From assembly GCF_009914755.1 (NCBI RefSeq), contig NC_060926.1: a DNA stretch of 64,000 nt, one strand, 5' to 3'. Numbering within the stretch: position 1 is the stretch's first letter; each line of letters opens with the position of its first letter. Shown here piece by piece: positions 1 through 16,399 of this stretch. The stretch is from the human T2T-CHM13v2.0 reference genome, Homo sapiens. The translations under genes and the position numbers were made by a program. A model generated the notes under the pieces. The model made no database searches and had not been told where the DNA came from. It saw nothing but the letters and a program-made list of their open reading frames with translations.

Positions 1-430
1 CCCGCGCGCGCAGCCGAGGCCCCGCAGCTCTCGCCGCCCCCAGCCGGCGCCTGGGCGCGGGGCCGTGGGGCGCGCGGGCCCGCGGGAGGCCGGAGCAGGA
101 GCCCGGCGGGAAATGGGTAAGGGACCACGGGGAGGCCTGGGCCGGGCGGGGGCACCCCCGGCCGTCGCCGCCCTCGACGGTGACCGTGTGCCGTGCAGCG
201 CTCTCGCCACGCCGGCGAGCACCTGCGGAGCGGCTGTCGCTGAGGGTTAGGGTCCCTGGAGCCGGAGAGAGGGTTGAGAGCGAGCAGGGGACCCTGAGGA
301 TCCAGCCTAACCGAGCGGCGGAGACTGGGACGGCAAGGGGACGCTGTCTCCACTGAAGGAGTCAGCCTGGGCTCTCTCGCCGCGGGCGACTCCAGCCGCG
401 CTGTTGGATCCTGGCTCCAAGCCCCGCTGG
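1..430 (+). promoter_or_regulatory. CpG island; candidate upstream (alternative) promoter/first exon of PSD4
   Basis: Very high GC and CpG density; splice donor TGG|GTAAGG at 116/117. Confidence 0.75.
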
Positions 431-1629
431 CTGGCGAGCAGGAGGAGCCCTTAAAGCCATCCAGGTGTCAGAATCAGGCGACACTGAGGGCTTTGCTCCT
501 AATCTGTCATGGCCCTGTGCCTCAGTGGTTTCTGGTGCTCATGACCAGGCCAGGCTGTGGCCCCGGCTTGGTGGGAGCTGCCCCCCCGGGACTGCACTGG
601 GCTAGAGGACCAGGCAGCTCTTCTCTACCCCCTTGGGTGCTGGCCCTCCTCCTAGGTGTGTCTAGCAAGAAAGTATGAGAGATTTCTGGGAAGGTAAAAA
701 GTGTCTGCACAGCTGACAAACTCATATCCCTCTAGGATTTCTTTTTGGCTCTAGAATTGTCTAGCTCATCTTTTCTGTAGGATGATGGAGCTAAGAATGT
801 GAGTGAGTTCTTTGCTGGATTTTTCCACGCTGCAGGATGGACTTGCTGCTCTGGTCAATGCACTCGCCAGACCTCTGTGTCCATGGTCCGCATGTCTAGG
901 TCAGGGGACCAGTATCAAAGTGAAGACTGGGCAAGTAAGCCCCACCTGCCCTTGAACCTCAGGCTTGGCCCCTCCCGAGGCCCAGAGCTGATTGAATGTT
1001 AATTAGCAACTAATTGGATGTCCATGAGACTCTCTACATAAAGAACACACCAAGGTCAGGTTTAGACAGTGTGTAGTGCCAAGTGATTCATTCTTTTCTT
1101 CCAGACGTGATATTTCCTGTATGTGAAGCATATAAAGAAGAGTCATTCATTCACTCATCTAGCAGATATTTACTGAGTGTCAACTACGAATCAGGCATGC
1201 AGGCACTGCGAATACTACTGCTCTTATTTGCATATGGGTTGGAAAGAGAAAATAAGCAAGTAAGCTGTTGAATGACATTATTTCAGAGAGCAATAAATGC
1301 TGAAAACACAAAACTGAAAAATTCCCAAAAAGAGGGATATGGGGCATGACAGTGAAACGTATAAGAGAAATTGGGCCTTAACTAGAAAGTGTAGCAAACA
1401 GACTTTCTAAATTAGGTGGGAAAATGGTCTCATGTTCAGGTCCTCAAAATCTAGGGGCACAGAATGAGGTGCCCTCTGTTCCTATCAGCAGGGAGTTATA
1501 AGCTGCTTATAAAGGATCAGTGAGAAATGAACTAGTGGTGAGTAGCCCCTCTCTAAGAGTATGTTTCTTATTGGGAAGCTTAAATCTAAGACAGAGATTA
1601 AGATTCCCAGAAAACATGGTCTATTGACT

Positions 1630-2060
1630 CACTCACTCATTTGTATATTTATTCAACAAATATTTATTGAAGGCCTGTATGTCCCAGGCACTATTCCAGG
1701 TTTTAAGGATACATCAGTGAACAAGACAATCCTGCATCTCACAGAGCTTATTTCTTGTGGGAGAAACAGACAATAAACAACATAGCAATTTTAATGTCGT
1801 GTCAGATGAAGGATCTGAAGAAAAGCAAGGCAGCTTAAGGGGTTAAAGTTGATAGGGGCTGCTGTGTTCAACAGAGTAGTCAGGACAGGCTGTGCTTAGA
1901 TGAAATTTGAGCAGAGACGTGAATGTATGTGGGACATAGCCATGTGACTGCCTGGGGGAAGAACATTCCAGGCAGAGGGAACAGCAAGTGCAAAGGCCCT
2001 GAAGCCAGAGCGAGGCATGAAAATGCTGGGCATGCTGGACGAACAGGGAGGAGGTCAGTG
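1630..2060 (-). mobile_element. L2 LINE 3' fragment
   Basis: TTCAACAAATATTTATTGAAGGCCTGTATGTCCCAGGCACT and CATTCCAGGCAGAGGGAACAGCAAGTGCAAAGGCCCT, typical L2 motifs. Confidence 0.75.
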
Positions 2061-2330
2061 TGGCTCTGGGGTGGGGAGCAGGCATCTCAGAGACTTGTCT
2101 TAAAGGAGGCTGGGGTAGGGCTCAGCCTTGACCAAAGGCACCCAGGAAAGCAGATGGTGTCCCTCACTGCTGTGGCAGGAAGATTTACAATCTCCAACTT
2201 ATGGACAGGCCTGGTAGTTTATGCCAAGTAGGGCAAGAAGTGATCAACAGAGATGGAGAGCATGTCTTTTGCTAGGAGAGGTATCATTTGCTTTTCTTAC
2301 TCACACTCTGCATCCTTCAAAACATTATGG

Positions 2331-2545
2331 GCAGCCTAACTAACATGGTGAAATCCCGTCTCAGCTAAAAATACAAAAATTAGCCAGGAGTGTTGGCGCT
2401 TTCCTGTAATCCCAGCTACTCGGGAGGCTAAGGCATGAGAATCGCTTGAACCCAGGAGGCAGAAGTTGCAGGAGCGGAGACTGTGCCACTGCACTCCAGC
2501 CTGGGCGACAGAGTGAGACCTTGCCTCGAAAATAAAATAAAATAT
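2331..2545 (+). mobile_element. 5'-truncated Alu
   Basis: Alu mid A-linker plus right arm and A-rich tail. Confidence 0.9.
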
Positions 2546-2628
2546 AATAATCATCATAATAATAACATTATGGGGCCACACAATGAGAATTAAGTGGGCA
2601 GCAGACCCTGAGGTTTTCAAATTTAGTA

Positions 2629-2708
2629 TTAGGTTGGTGCAAAAGCAATTGTGACGTTTGTCATTACTTTTAATGGCAAAAACCACAATTGCTTTTGCAC
2701 CAACCTAA
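2629..2708. mobile_element. MADE1 (Hsmar1-derived MITE), 80 bp, TA target-site duplication
   Basis: TA|TTAGGTTGGTGCAAAAG...CTTTTGCACCAACCTAA|TA palindrome. Confidence 0.92.
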
Positions 2709-2859
2709 TAAATGCCCAGGGAATGAAAGATGAGAAAAAACCTGCCTTCCGGGAAAATTCCAATAATCTATTTTTATTTTCATCCTTAAAACTATTAGAT
2801 GATCTCATTAACAGGTTTTTCTTAAAAAAAAAAAAAAAAACCAGCCCAAGAGCATATAA

Positions 2860-3100
2860 ATCATTAGCATTTATTGAACACATACTATATGCCAGGCCCT
2901 ACTTTGGGTAACTTGTGTGCAGTAACACAAATAATTCCCGCAGCAAGTCTATGCAGTTTATACTATTATGATCCCACTTCACAGATGGGAAAACTGAGGC
3001 CCAGAGCAAGTAAGAAAGTTGGCCAAGGTTACATGGGTAGTAAGTGAAGAATCAGAATTTGCCATCAGCTGGTGCCATTTTTGAGCCAAGTGCTCTCATA
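2860..3100 (-). mobile_element. MIR
   Basis: ACAGATGGGAAAACTGAGGCCCAGAG...CCAAGGTTAC MIR core. Confidence 0.8.
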
Positions 3101-3247
3101 CTATGCTGTAACAATGTCAGAGAGCCAACCTTGGGCCCAAATTTTGAAGATATTCTGTCCACCAAAATGGACTTCTGACTGCCCTAACTTTTGGAGAAGC
3201 TCCTAGTTGGCAAATGAAATTGGTCCCTTTATAAAATAGTCGTGGCT

Positions 3248-3580
<333 letters not shown>

Positions 3581-3855
3581 GTTGTGGCCATGTGGCATAT
3601 TCCACAAATACTGGTCTCAGACCATGGTGAGGATGCGGGTGCAGGGTGAGGACTACATAGGGTGCGGTAGGTCAGTGGATCAGATCCAGTTAGCCGGGGC
3701 TCAGCCTTGTGCCCAGGAGGCTAAAGCAGGAGGATTACATGAGACCAGGAGGGCAGGTTTTGTCCATAGTGCATGACAACAGATGGTTAGAGAGAAGACA
3801 GCTGCTGGGTTTGAGCACATTCTACTTCTCTCCTTCTTTAAAAAAGATGTTTTTA

Positions 3856-4194
<339 letters not shown>

Positions 4195-4514
4195 TTAAAA
4201 ATATTTTTAAAGGCAATATTTACATGTATTCAAAAATCTTTTTAAAATATTAATGCAAACAGCCCTTAAGGTACACAGTGAAAAATCTCTTTCCCTCTCC
4301 TGTCCTGTCATCTCCAATTCTCCTCGGAGGCAATTTCTTGAGAATACTTTCAGAGCGACATATTCTATTTGTAAACAAGCATATATGTATGTATACCTTC
4401 CTTGTCTTCTTCTTTTTTTAAAACATAAATAGTAGGAAATAATACTTAGGTATGCACTTTTTAAACTTAATATACTTAATCATTCTGCTTCAAGACATAT
4501 AGACAGGTTTCATC

Positions 4515-5132
4515 TTTCTTTCTTTTTTTTTTGAGACGGAGTCTTGCTCTGTTGCCAGGCTGGAGTGCAGTGGCATGATCTCGGCTCACTGTTACCTCCG
4601 CCTCCTGGGTCAAGTGATTCTGCTGCTTCAGTCTCCTGAGTAGCTGGGACTACAGGCATGCACCACCACAACCAGCTAATTTTTGTATTTTTGGTACAGA
4701 CGGGGTTTCACCATGTTGGCCACGATGGTCTCGATCTCTTGACCTCGTGATCCACCCGTCTCGGCCTCCCAAAGTGCTAGGATTACAGGCATGAGCCACC
4801 ATGCCCGGCTTTGCTTTTTTTTTTTTTGGAAACAAGGTCTCACTCTGTCACCCAGGCCGGAGTACAGTGGTACAGTCATGGCTCACTGCAGCCCGACCTC
4901 CTGGGTTCAAGTGATCCTCCAGCCTCAGTGCCCTGCCCTGCCCACCCTCTGCCCAGTAGCTGGGACCACAAGCAGGCGCCACCACGCCAGGCTGAATTTT
5001 GTAATTTTTGTAGAGATGGGAGTGTCACTGTGTTGCCCAGGCTGGTCTCAAACTGCTAGCCTCAAGCAATCCTCCCACCTCAGCCAGCCTCCCAAAGTGC
5101 TGGGATTATAGTCGTCAGCCACCACACCCGCC
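4515..5132 (-). mobile_element. Two tandem antisense Alus (4515-4810, 4815-5132)
   Basis: poly(T)-GAGACGGAGTC... reverse-complement Alu sequences. Confidence 0.9.
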
Positions 5133-5806
5133 TTCATCGTTTTTAAGTACGTATATGCTGCTGTATCTCATTGAATGAGCTACCATATTTATCTAGCCAG
5201 TGCACTGTGGGTTTATAAGCTATTTCCCCCATCTCTATTTGTTTGCTGTGATAGACAATAACACATTAAGCATACCTGTACCTATATAATCTCAGTTCTG
5301 TGACTGTTTCAGCAGGAGGAATTCATAAATGTGGTTTAAAAGTTACTGCCAGTCTGCTTTCCGAAGGCATGCATGTCTTTGTACTTAGGAGAGTGCTGCT
5401 TTCCCCTCGGCTCCACCAACTTGATGTATCATCAACTTTTTATTCTTCCCAATTTGACAGATGAGAAAAATGCCATCATGCTATAGTTTAAATAGGTATT
5501 TCTTTCTAGTGAGTTGTGTTACAGGACTTACAAGCTATTTGTATTTCTGTGGACTGTTCATATACTTGGCCTATGTTTTCAATTGGGTTTTTGTTGTTGT
5601 TACTGAGTTATCATTTCCTCTTCATCTCTCATTCCTAGTCCCAGTGATTTCCCCTCACACTTACCCTCTAACCCTACCCTCATGAGCAACAGCTACTCTG
5701 ACATATTTATGATAGGTTTATCCTTAGATTTGGATGTATTTAAGAAAGATATATGATGTTGATTTATATATGCATGTATTTTTAACCCTACATAAATTGC
5801 ACTATG

Positions 5807-6113
5807 GAGCTGGGCACAGTGGCTTATGCCTGTAATCCCAGCCTTTTGGGATGCTAAGGTGGGAAGATTGCCTGAGGCCAGGGTTTCAAGACCAGCCTGG
5901 GCAACAGAGCAAGACTCTTGTCTCCAAAAAAAAAAAAAAAAAAAAAAAGGTAATAATAAAAAAAATTAGCCAGGTGTGGTGGTGCACTCCTATTTTCCTA
6001 GCTACTTGGGAGGCTGAGGCTGGAAGATCACTTGAGCCCAGGAGTTTGAGGCTGCAGTGAGTTATTATAGCATCACTGTACTAGAGCTTCAGCAACAGAA
6101 TGAGACCCTGTCT
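5807..6113 (+). mobile_element. Alu (AluJ-like)
   Basis: Diverged dimeric Alu. Confidence 0.85.
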
Positions 6114-6180
6114 TTATGGGGTCACAATTGCTTCGTGCTATAAATCCTTAAATTTTTCTTGCTTTTTAAAACCAGCACTA

Positions 6181-6724
6181 TTTTTTTTTTTTTTTTTGAG
6201 ACAGAGTCTCGCTCTGTCAACGATCTTGGCTCACTGCATCCCCCGCCTCCTGGGTTCAAGTGAGCACGCTCAGCTAATTTTTGTACTTTTAGTAGAGACG
6301 GGGTTTCACCATGTTGGCTAGGGTGGTCTCAAACTCCTGACCTCCAGTGATCCACCCGCCTCGGGCCCCCAAAGTGCTGGGATCACAGTTGTGAGCCACC
6401 ATCCCTGGCTAACCAGCACTATGTTTTTTTTTTTTTTTTTTTTGAGAGTGAGTCTCACTCTGTCTCCCAGGCTGGAGTGCAGTGGTGTGATCTCGACTCA
6501 CTGCAACCTCCGCCCCCCCAAGGTTCAAGCAATTCTCCTGCCTCAGCTACTCGAGTAGCTGTGATTACAGGTGCCTGCCACTGTGCCTGGCTGATTTTTG
6601 TATTTTTAGTAGAGATGGGGTTTCACCATCTTGGCCAAGCTGGTGTTGAACGCCTGACCTCGTGATCCACCCTCCTTGGCCTCCCAAAGTGCTGGGATTA
6701 TAGGCATAAGCCACCGCACCCAGC
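6181..6724 (-). mobile_element. Two antisense Alus (first internally deleted)
   Basis: Alu sequence; ACCAGCACTA target motif repeated three times. Confidence 0.9.
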
Positions 6725-8669
6725 CACCAGCACTATTTTTTAAAAGATCTATTTGACTGCAGTGTGTACTCTTGGTTTGTTGCTTCTAATTGCTGCATTG
6801 TACTCTGTAGCTGGAGTTAGGGAGTTATTGTAATAGTCAATTCCTACTGGATTGGTCTAGAAAGGTTGTATGGAGAATTGGCATTATGGGGTGAGCCTCG
6901 AAGGATGAAGAGGACTGGGGAAGGAAATGGAGCTGTCCAAGAGGACGTATGAACATGCCAAGAACATTTAGGGAAGGACCCGTTGCCTGCTGAGGCCATA
7001 GGTCAGGGTGTGGTTGTGTGTGGTCATAGGAGAGGCTGGAGAGGTCTCAGATAACAGCGTTGGACATTCCCTAAAGCAATGGAAGAGAGAGGCAGTTAGG
7101 GGCATTGTTAGAGAATGGGGGACGAGGGTGCCAGGTGAAGATTTTCTAGGACAGGAGTGATCTCTCAGTGGAGAATTAGGCAGGCAATTGCTGCAGTCCT
7201 CCAGAAAAGCGAGGACGCGCTCTGTGAGCTGGTGGAGCCCAGGGGCCTGCAGGGGAGGAGGATCCAGCAGGACTGGGTACCAAAGCCATGAGGGGAGAGG
7301 GACCTGGGCTGGTGCCAAGGTTGCTAACTTGGGAAGCTGGTGGATGTGATGCCAGTCTAGACAGGTCCTGGGAGGGGCAGGCACGGGCATGGGATGGGAA
7401 GGATGCTTACAGGCATGTGAGCAGGCTGCGAAGTCTGATGCTCTGCTGTACATCCAGCTAGAAGATTCCTGCTGGTAATTAAGACGCTGGGCTAGAGAGG
7501 GAATTGTGAGCCTTTAGTGAGTAGGTGGGAGGTTAACATGTGGGACTGGGTGAGGTCCTCACAGAAGAATGTGAGGGCGAGAGATGCCCATCAGGAACAG
7601 AGCATGGGGCAGGTTTACAGGGAGGAGCTGACAATAATATGTGGTGCCCTTTTGAACTCTGGCCTTTCCTGGCTTGACAACCTCTGGAAATTATCCTCTT
7701 GGCATGGACTCTGTGCTGCTGTGGAGCCTGGGCAGGGGAGGGATGGGAGGTGGGTATATACAATAAGGCCCAACGAGTGGACTCTGCCTTTCTGGAGCTC
7801 TCAGTGCGGCCTTGGAAGATGCATAGATGTATTGAGTCAGAGAGGAGGGAAATGGCCCCAGGAAGCTTAGGTGTGCGGGCTCTCCTCCTGGGGTATGAGC
7901 TCCGAGGCCCCAGCGCTCTTCCTGCTAGGAGCTGCCAAACCAGCCGTCCCTTTTGTCTTCTGAAGATGACAATGGATAGAGTGTGGGTCAGCTCCTGCTG
8001 CTGCAGAGGGCACTGCGAAGCTCACGGCTTTGTTGCTATGGGCAGGGTTAAGCATGAGCCTCCCCAGGGGAACACGTGACCCTTTACAAGGCCCAGGAAA
8101 TGTCCTGCTCTGAGTTTGTCTTCCTCCTTCACTTTGTGAGAGCATACCTGTTCTCTGTTTAATGACAGAGCTTTGCTTTTCTGCAAATCATACCCGCTTG
8201 AATTCGTATTCAGTGATTGGTGGCCAATCAGGGCTAATGAGCATTATAAGGAAGACTTTCAGCTCTTTCTCCAAAGGAGAAAATGCTGCAAAGGTCAGAT
8301 CCAGCTGCACAAAGTGTCTGCTCTTTACATATCCCTACTATAATTTTTGAGATAAGAGTTTTGATATTTATTTATATTTATTATATTATCAAATAATATT
8401 TAATATTTTTCTGTGAATACATATACTTAACAACATAAAGTAGATATTTTCTACTTTACTGTGTTCCTAAATCACAGGTTTGCTACACTCTATCTTATTC
8501 TAGTGCATATTGAAGTAAATGCTTAACTATTAATGTTTAGTATGTGTACCACATATCCATGTAGGCAAACACAGCCTCAGATTTGTGGGTTCATGGAGAA
8601 GGTAATCTTGGGGTTCATGGAGAAGGTAATCTTGGGTTAATCTTGTTAGGATATGCTTTATCCTAACCC

Positions 8670-8880
8670 TAGGTAGGGGAGGAAATAACCCTTTTCCTCT
8701 TCCTTCTTAGGTTTAGGGACTGGGACCTGCAAATTAAACTGACAAAAGCCAGATTAACAGAAGAAAAAGGTTTTACTCACATGTACATGGGAGCCAACAA
8801 AAGTAGTAGCTGGCTTGTTAGATAGTTAAAGTTCAAGGCCATGTACCTAACTCAGTAGGGGAAAGGGAGGGGGCAGAAAC
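8670..8880. mobile_element. Probable ERV LTR fragment (family uncertain)
   Basis: GTAGGGGAGGAAATAA...ACAAAAGCCAGATTAACAGAAGAAAA resembles ERV1-group LTRs from memory. Confidence 0.35.
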
Positions 8881-9029
8881 AGTAACTTTATTATTTTTGC
8901 TGATGACAAACATAAAGTATATTTATTTTAAAAAGTTGAATACATATGAAACAAGCATGAAGAAATTGAAATCATGTATACTGTTGCCAGGCACAGATAG
9001 CTACTGTCAATCAATGCTTTGATGTTTTA

Positions 9030-9441
<412 letters not shown>

Positions 9442-11184
9442 TTAACAAAATTCTATGAGCATCTTTCCATTTCATTAGATACTCTTTAAAAACAAAATGG
9501 CTAAAGGTTGCCTAGGTTCACCATATGGGTATATGGTTACCCAGTAATCTATCCATTTATCTCATTCTCTATTGTGGATATTGAGGTTATGAGCATTTTT
9601 GCCATTATAAGTAACTGCATGCACATGTGTTTCAGCAGATGTTTTGTGGGTGCCTTCTGGTGCCAAGGGGGCTGGGGGAGAGAGGATGAATAACTACAGT
9701 GCCCAACTCACTGCTCATGTGAAAAGGACAGACCTATAGCAAGTGGGCTTATCTAAAAAAGAGCTGGGAAGGAGCCCAGGAGAAGGACCTTGAGAGAGAG
9801 AGTCTGAGCCGAGCTTTTGTGCTGGGGCAGAGGAGAGCCAGGGAGCTGTGACCTGGGTGGCCCTGTCCCTGGCCGTCTGTCCACAGACACTGGGTGTGCT
9901 TCATTTGACTGGCCACGGGCGGGCAAGGACAGCCTCCCAAGGTCACTGCGTTGGTACGGGATTGGGCAAACAAGTGCAGAGATGGAGGCTTGTCATTCAC
10001 TTTTATAATCACTTCCTGCCCTTCTCCAGAACACCCAGGGCAGCACCAGCGCACACATGTGCTCAGAGGTTGGTGATGTCAGCACTGGGCTGGGCTGTTC
10101 TCCCTTTCCTCTTTTCCCTGCCTCTAGGAGACTTCTCCCTCCCACTCTAAGGTCACAGGCGGCAAGGAGAGGCACCTTTGGCCCCTGCCACGTGCCCAGT
10201 CATTGGAAGCCCTGGCCCAGCCCTACCTACGTGCTCTGATCCTGGGAGCCCACAGCTGAGCTGGCCAGGGGGACTGTAAACATCCAACCAGGCAGAGGAA
10301 TGGTTGGAGAGGCAGGTGTTCTGTCTGCCCTTCTCCAGGGCCGAGGCTTGTGGAGGTCAGACAGCTGGGAGGGAAGAGGGCCTTTTCTGGAGAAAGGAGC
10401 ATGTGGCCGCCTCACTCTCAGCCTTCTCTAAAGTATGGAGACTTTATGGAGACTAATTTGAAGCCCATTTAGATGCTTCAGTCCTCCTTTCTCACCCTGC
10501 CCCAGGACAATATTTCAGCTCCATTAGCACAAGGGTTTTCCTGAACTTCCAGTTGGGAGACGTGAGTCAGGCTTACCGTGTCTAGCTCTGCTCGTTTGGA
10601 AAGAAGCCCTGCTCCCCACCTGGGTTTTCATTTCTGCAGCATGCAGTGGTAACGGGGTACAGCAGAAAGTGCATTGGGAAGGTTCCACAGGCCTAATTCC
10701 AATCCCAGTCTTACCATTTCCTGCCTGTGCAAGCCTGAGTGACTGTGGACCCTCCGTCTCCTCATCTGGTCTGTAGCCTGGAGATGATAAAGCCCCTAAC
10801 CCTGACCTCAGACCCCCAGGAACTAGAGATGATGCATGGAGAGGACCCGGTAAGTGTCAACACATTGGGGTCCTCAGGAAAGTGTCATGGGGTTTATGTC
10901 AGGTGCCATTTCTTTCATTGGTGGCCTCTCTCCTCTCTCCCCTCGCCTCCCAGGAGGGGCTGTATGCTGAAATCCCCAGGGCCCCTCTCCTGGAAGGTGG
11001 GCTCCACTCCCTGGTCTGTGCTCTGTGTGGAGAAGCCACCTGTGCTGAGCAGCTTCTTCTGCAGGCAAACAGGAAGCATCTTACCTTGAGGGAGGCAGGA
11101 GAGCTGCCTGGCTGTGCTGTGTGTCTGCTGTGTTGTGTGTCCTCTGTGCCGTGGGGAGGAGGAAAGGCTGGGGAGGGAACTCCC

Positions 11185-11185
<1 letters not shown>

Positions 11186-11237
<52 letters not shown>
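11186..11237. repeat. (AC)~26 microsatellite
   Basis: Perfect dinucleotide run. Confidence 0.98.
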
Positions 11238-11238
<1 letters not shown>

Positions 11239-11669
11239 GTACATATGCAAGACCCACTGCGTGGAAGCAACGGGGAGAGGCAGGTCCCATTCCCTTTAGT
11301 ACAGTCTTGAAGAGAGGCTGAGCAACCTTTATTCATTCATCAAATGGCTGTGGAGCAATTGTGAGCCAGGCACTCCGCTGTAAAGCACATGGGCCAGTCC
11401 TTGCCCTGGAGAAGTTCATGGTCAAGGGGAGGATGGGAACCCATAACTAAGCCAAGCGGCAGGCCTGGACTTGGGGAAGGGGGAAGATCACTGGTGCCTC
11501 CCTTTCAGCCTCAGGAAACCATGGATTACCAGGAAGTCTGGACGGGACGGGGCAGAGCCCGAACTTGAGGAGGTGACACTTCACCTCTTGGTCTCCTGGC
11601 TTCTGCCTCCGCATCTGCTGCCAACCCCACTTGTCCATAACCTCTGGCCATGTTCAATATAGATCACTT

Positions 11670-12680
<1,011 letters not shown>

Positions 12681-12693
12681 AAATGCACCCTGG

Positions 12694-13796
<1,103 letters not shown>

Positions 13797-13989
13797 TCAC
13801 CAGGACATGGTGCAGCTTCAGAGACCTTCCCGAATTCCCACGGCAGTGTGCTCACCCTTGCTGCTCTCTTATTTCTCTCTGCTTCTTCCCAGGCATTCTT
13901 CACAATTTATGATAAAGTTTGATTCATAAGTCCGATTGTTTATTTTCTTTCTCTGTCAGTAGACTGGAAGCTCCCTGAGAACAGGAGTT

Positions 13990-14396
13990 GTTCTGCAGTA
14001 GACAGGCCTATGCAAACCTACCCCAAAGTCTGAGGAAGTTGAGAAGTTGAAGAAAGAGGCTGAGAAAGCTAGGGGACTTTCCAACAGAAGCCATGTAGGT
14101 GTCTCAGGCGGCAATGAGATGAGATGGTGGATCCCCGCATTAGCACCCAAACCCAGGGCTCATATACCATAGGGTAGGAGTGGTTCAGATGGGATTTATA
14201 AGACAATTGAAGTGTGATATCATCAAGGTTGTTTGACCTACGAGTAGCACTTACGGACTTACAGTAAGTATCTGCTCTTACACAGGAAACAATAGATAAA
14301 CTGGAAATTGTAGAGGCCCTGCCTTGGAACTGGGGTCACTCAGTTAAGTCAATGTGGCAGGTTAGCTTCCAAGATGGAGTTGCTTCAGCTTCCACA
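13990..14396 (-). mobile_element. Solo LTR, LTR47-like
   Basis: Reverse complement starts TGTGGAAGCTGAAGCAACTCCATCTTGGAAGCTAA. Confidence 0.6.
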
Positions 14397-14798
14397 GGGG
14401 TCATGTGTTTTATTCCTGATAGGTCAGCGGCTTGTAGCATAGAGCCTGCACAGAGCAGGTGCTGACTTTGAGCCTTGGCCATGTTCCGGAGACACCCCTA
14501 GCGGCTGGGGCCCAGAGTGGAGGGTTTGCATTTAGGTCTTGGTGACTTCAGGTTTCTGACTTACCCAGCTTGATGGAGAGAGAGAGTTGTAAAACCTGAA
14601 ATATATGAGGAAGAAGAGCTTGGAGAAGAGAAGGAACCAGGTTTGCCTTATAAACATTGAGTTTGAAGTGCTGGTGAGATAAGCATGTCCCCAACATTTG
14701 CCAGCCCTGGGAAGTGGAGAGTGGAGGACCCCATCTGATATGTCCAAATACATGAAAGTTAAGACTAAAGCTCACAAACTGTCATATAAAATGTGTCC

Positions 14799-15092
14799 TG
14801 CCGGGTGCGGTGGCTCACGCCTGTAATCTAGCACTATGGGAGGCCGAGGCGGGCGGATCACCTGAGGTTGGGAGTTCGAGACCAGCCTCGCCAACATGGA
14901 GAAACCCCGTCTCTACTAAAAATACAAAATTAGTCGGGCGTGGTGGCGCATGCCTGTAATCCCAGCTACTTGGGAGTCTGAGGCAGGAGAATCACTTGAA
15001 CCTGGGAGGTGGAGGTTGTGGTGAGCCTAGATGGCATCACTGTACTCCAGCCTGGGCAACAAGAGCGAAACTTGGTCTCAAAAAAAAAAAAA
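14799..15092 (+). mobile_element. Alu (AluSp-like)
   Basis: Full Alu with poly(A). Confidence 0.95.
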
Positions 15093-15859
15093 GTGTCTAT
15101 TCTCCTAATTCTCCTACCTCCCACTTTCATCATGGCCTGGAGCTCCAGGTTTGAAGGAGGATTCTTAGCCGCCTCTGAATGTTGCTGCCACAGCACAGCC
15201 CACCCCAGCCTTTGGCCCACGCCACAGCTCCACCTCCCTTTCTCTTCCCCACCCTGCTCTGTATCACACGTGCATGTGGGTGGGTGACCTGCCCAAAGGT
15301 TTGAGCTCTCTCTACCTGCTCCCGTCTCTGCTATCAGGACTCTTGCCAGCGCTTCACCCAGTCTCAGGCTGCATAGGGCAGCGGTGCTGTGTGCCCACAT
15401 GGGGAGGAGGCCATTTGGGCCCCAGAAGTGGAGAGTCTCGGGATCTGGGGCACGCAGAGTGTGGTGGAGAAGCAGGGTGCACGGGCTCCATGTTGGTATG
15501 TTCCTGTGGACTCTGTACCCTGCAGGGAGGGGTGCGGCTGTAGGTGAGCTAGAGCCCGACCCTCTCAACTCTGGGTCAGGGTGGCTGGTCCCCACTGCTG
15601 TGTGGACATGCAAGTGAGGGAGTCTCTGGGTCAGCTGGAATCATGAAGACGAGAGTTCAGGGAGGGTGGGAGTGGTGGAGCCTCAGCAGAGAAGTTGACG
15701 GTCATTGATGTTGAGGAAGTAGATTGTGTGGAGGGAGGAGAATGGCATGGTGTTTGCGCTCCCCACCAGCCTCACTTACACTTGTGGACACTGCGGCCGG
15801 TGTCCTGAGGACGTGTGTTGGGAATTCAGCCACGGGGAATGGAGGTCCCTTGGTTCATA

Positions 15860-16070
15860 TAGTCACAGGCTCTGTATTCTAACCCCAGCTTTGTAATTTT
15901 CCAGCTGTGCAACCCTGGGCAGTGGCTTAGCATCTCTGAGCTTGCCTCCAGATCCGGATCTGTATGATGGGGTTATTAATGCTTCATAAAGTAGGTGTGA
16001 GGAGGGATTGAGGTACTATTGGGAGAAACTTTGTAACTAAAAGGCAATTGTATCATTTGCATTATTACCA
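15860..16070 (+). mobile_element. MIR
   Basis: CAGCTGTGCAACCCTGGGCAGTGGCTTAGCATCTCTGAGC core. Confidence 0.65.
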
Positions 16071-16399
16071 GTGACATGAGACATAGTCACACAAAAATTG
16101 AAATGTCATTTGTTTTAAAACCAGAAATTGCCCAACTTAGGGCCCTCCTGTCTCTCACTGGGTGCCCTGCAGGGGACCAAGAGCCAGAGCAAGACTGAGA
16201 ACCTGGGGCAGAAGCGCAGGGAGGAAGGAGGTGGGGCCTGCTTACCAACCAGGCCTCGGCCCCTTCCCCTTTCAATCCCAGGCCCCTGCATGGCAGGGAG
16301 AGGCCAGTTCCACCATGGCAGGTTCTTTCTAGGCTGGTGTGCAGGGTGGGGGCCTCCAAGGAGCAGGGGCATGGGGAAAGGGGCTGCAGGCGCTGGGCC

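Noticed and set aside
8587-8634. Perfect 24-bp direct repeat x2 (GGGTTCATGGAGAAGGTAATCTTG)
   Set aside because: Simple tandem duplication with no spacers; not CRISPR-like.
14966-15613. 215-aa minus-strand ORF
   Set aside because: Runs into an Alu; no homology or splice support.
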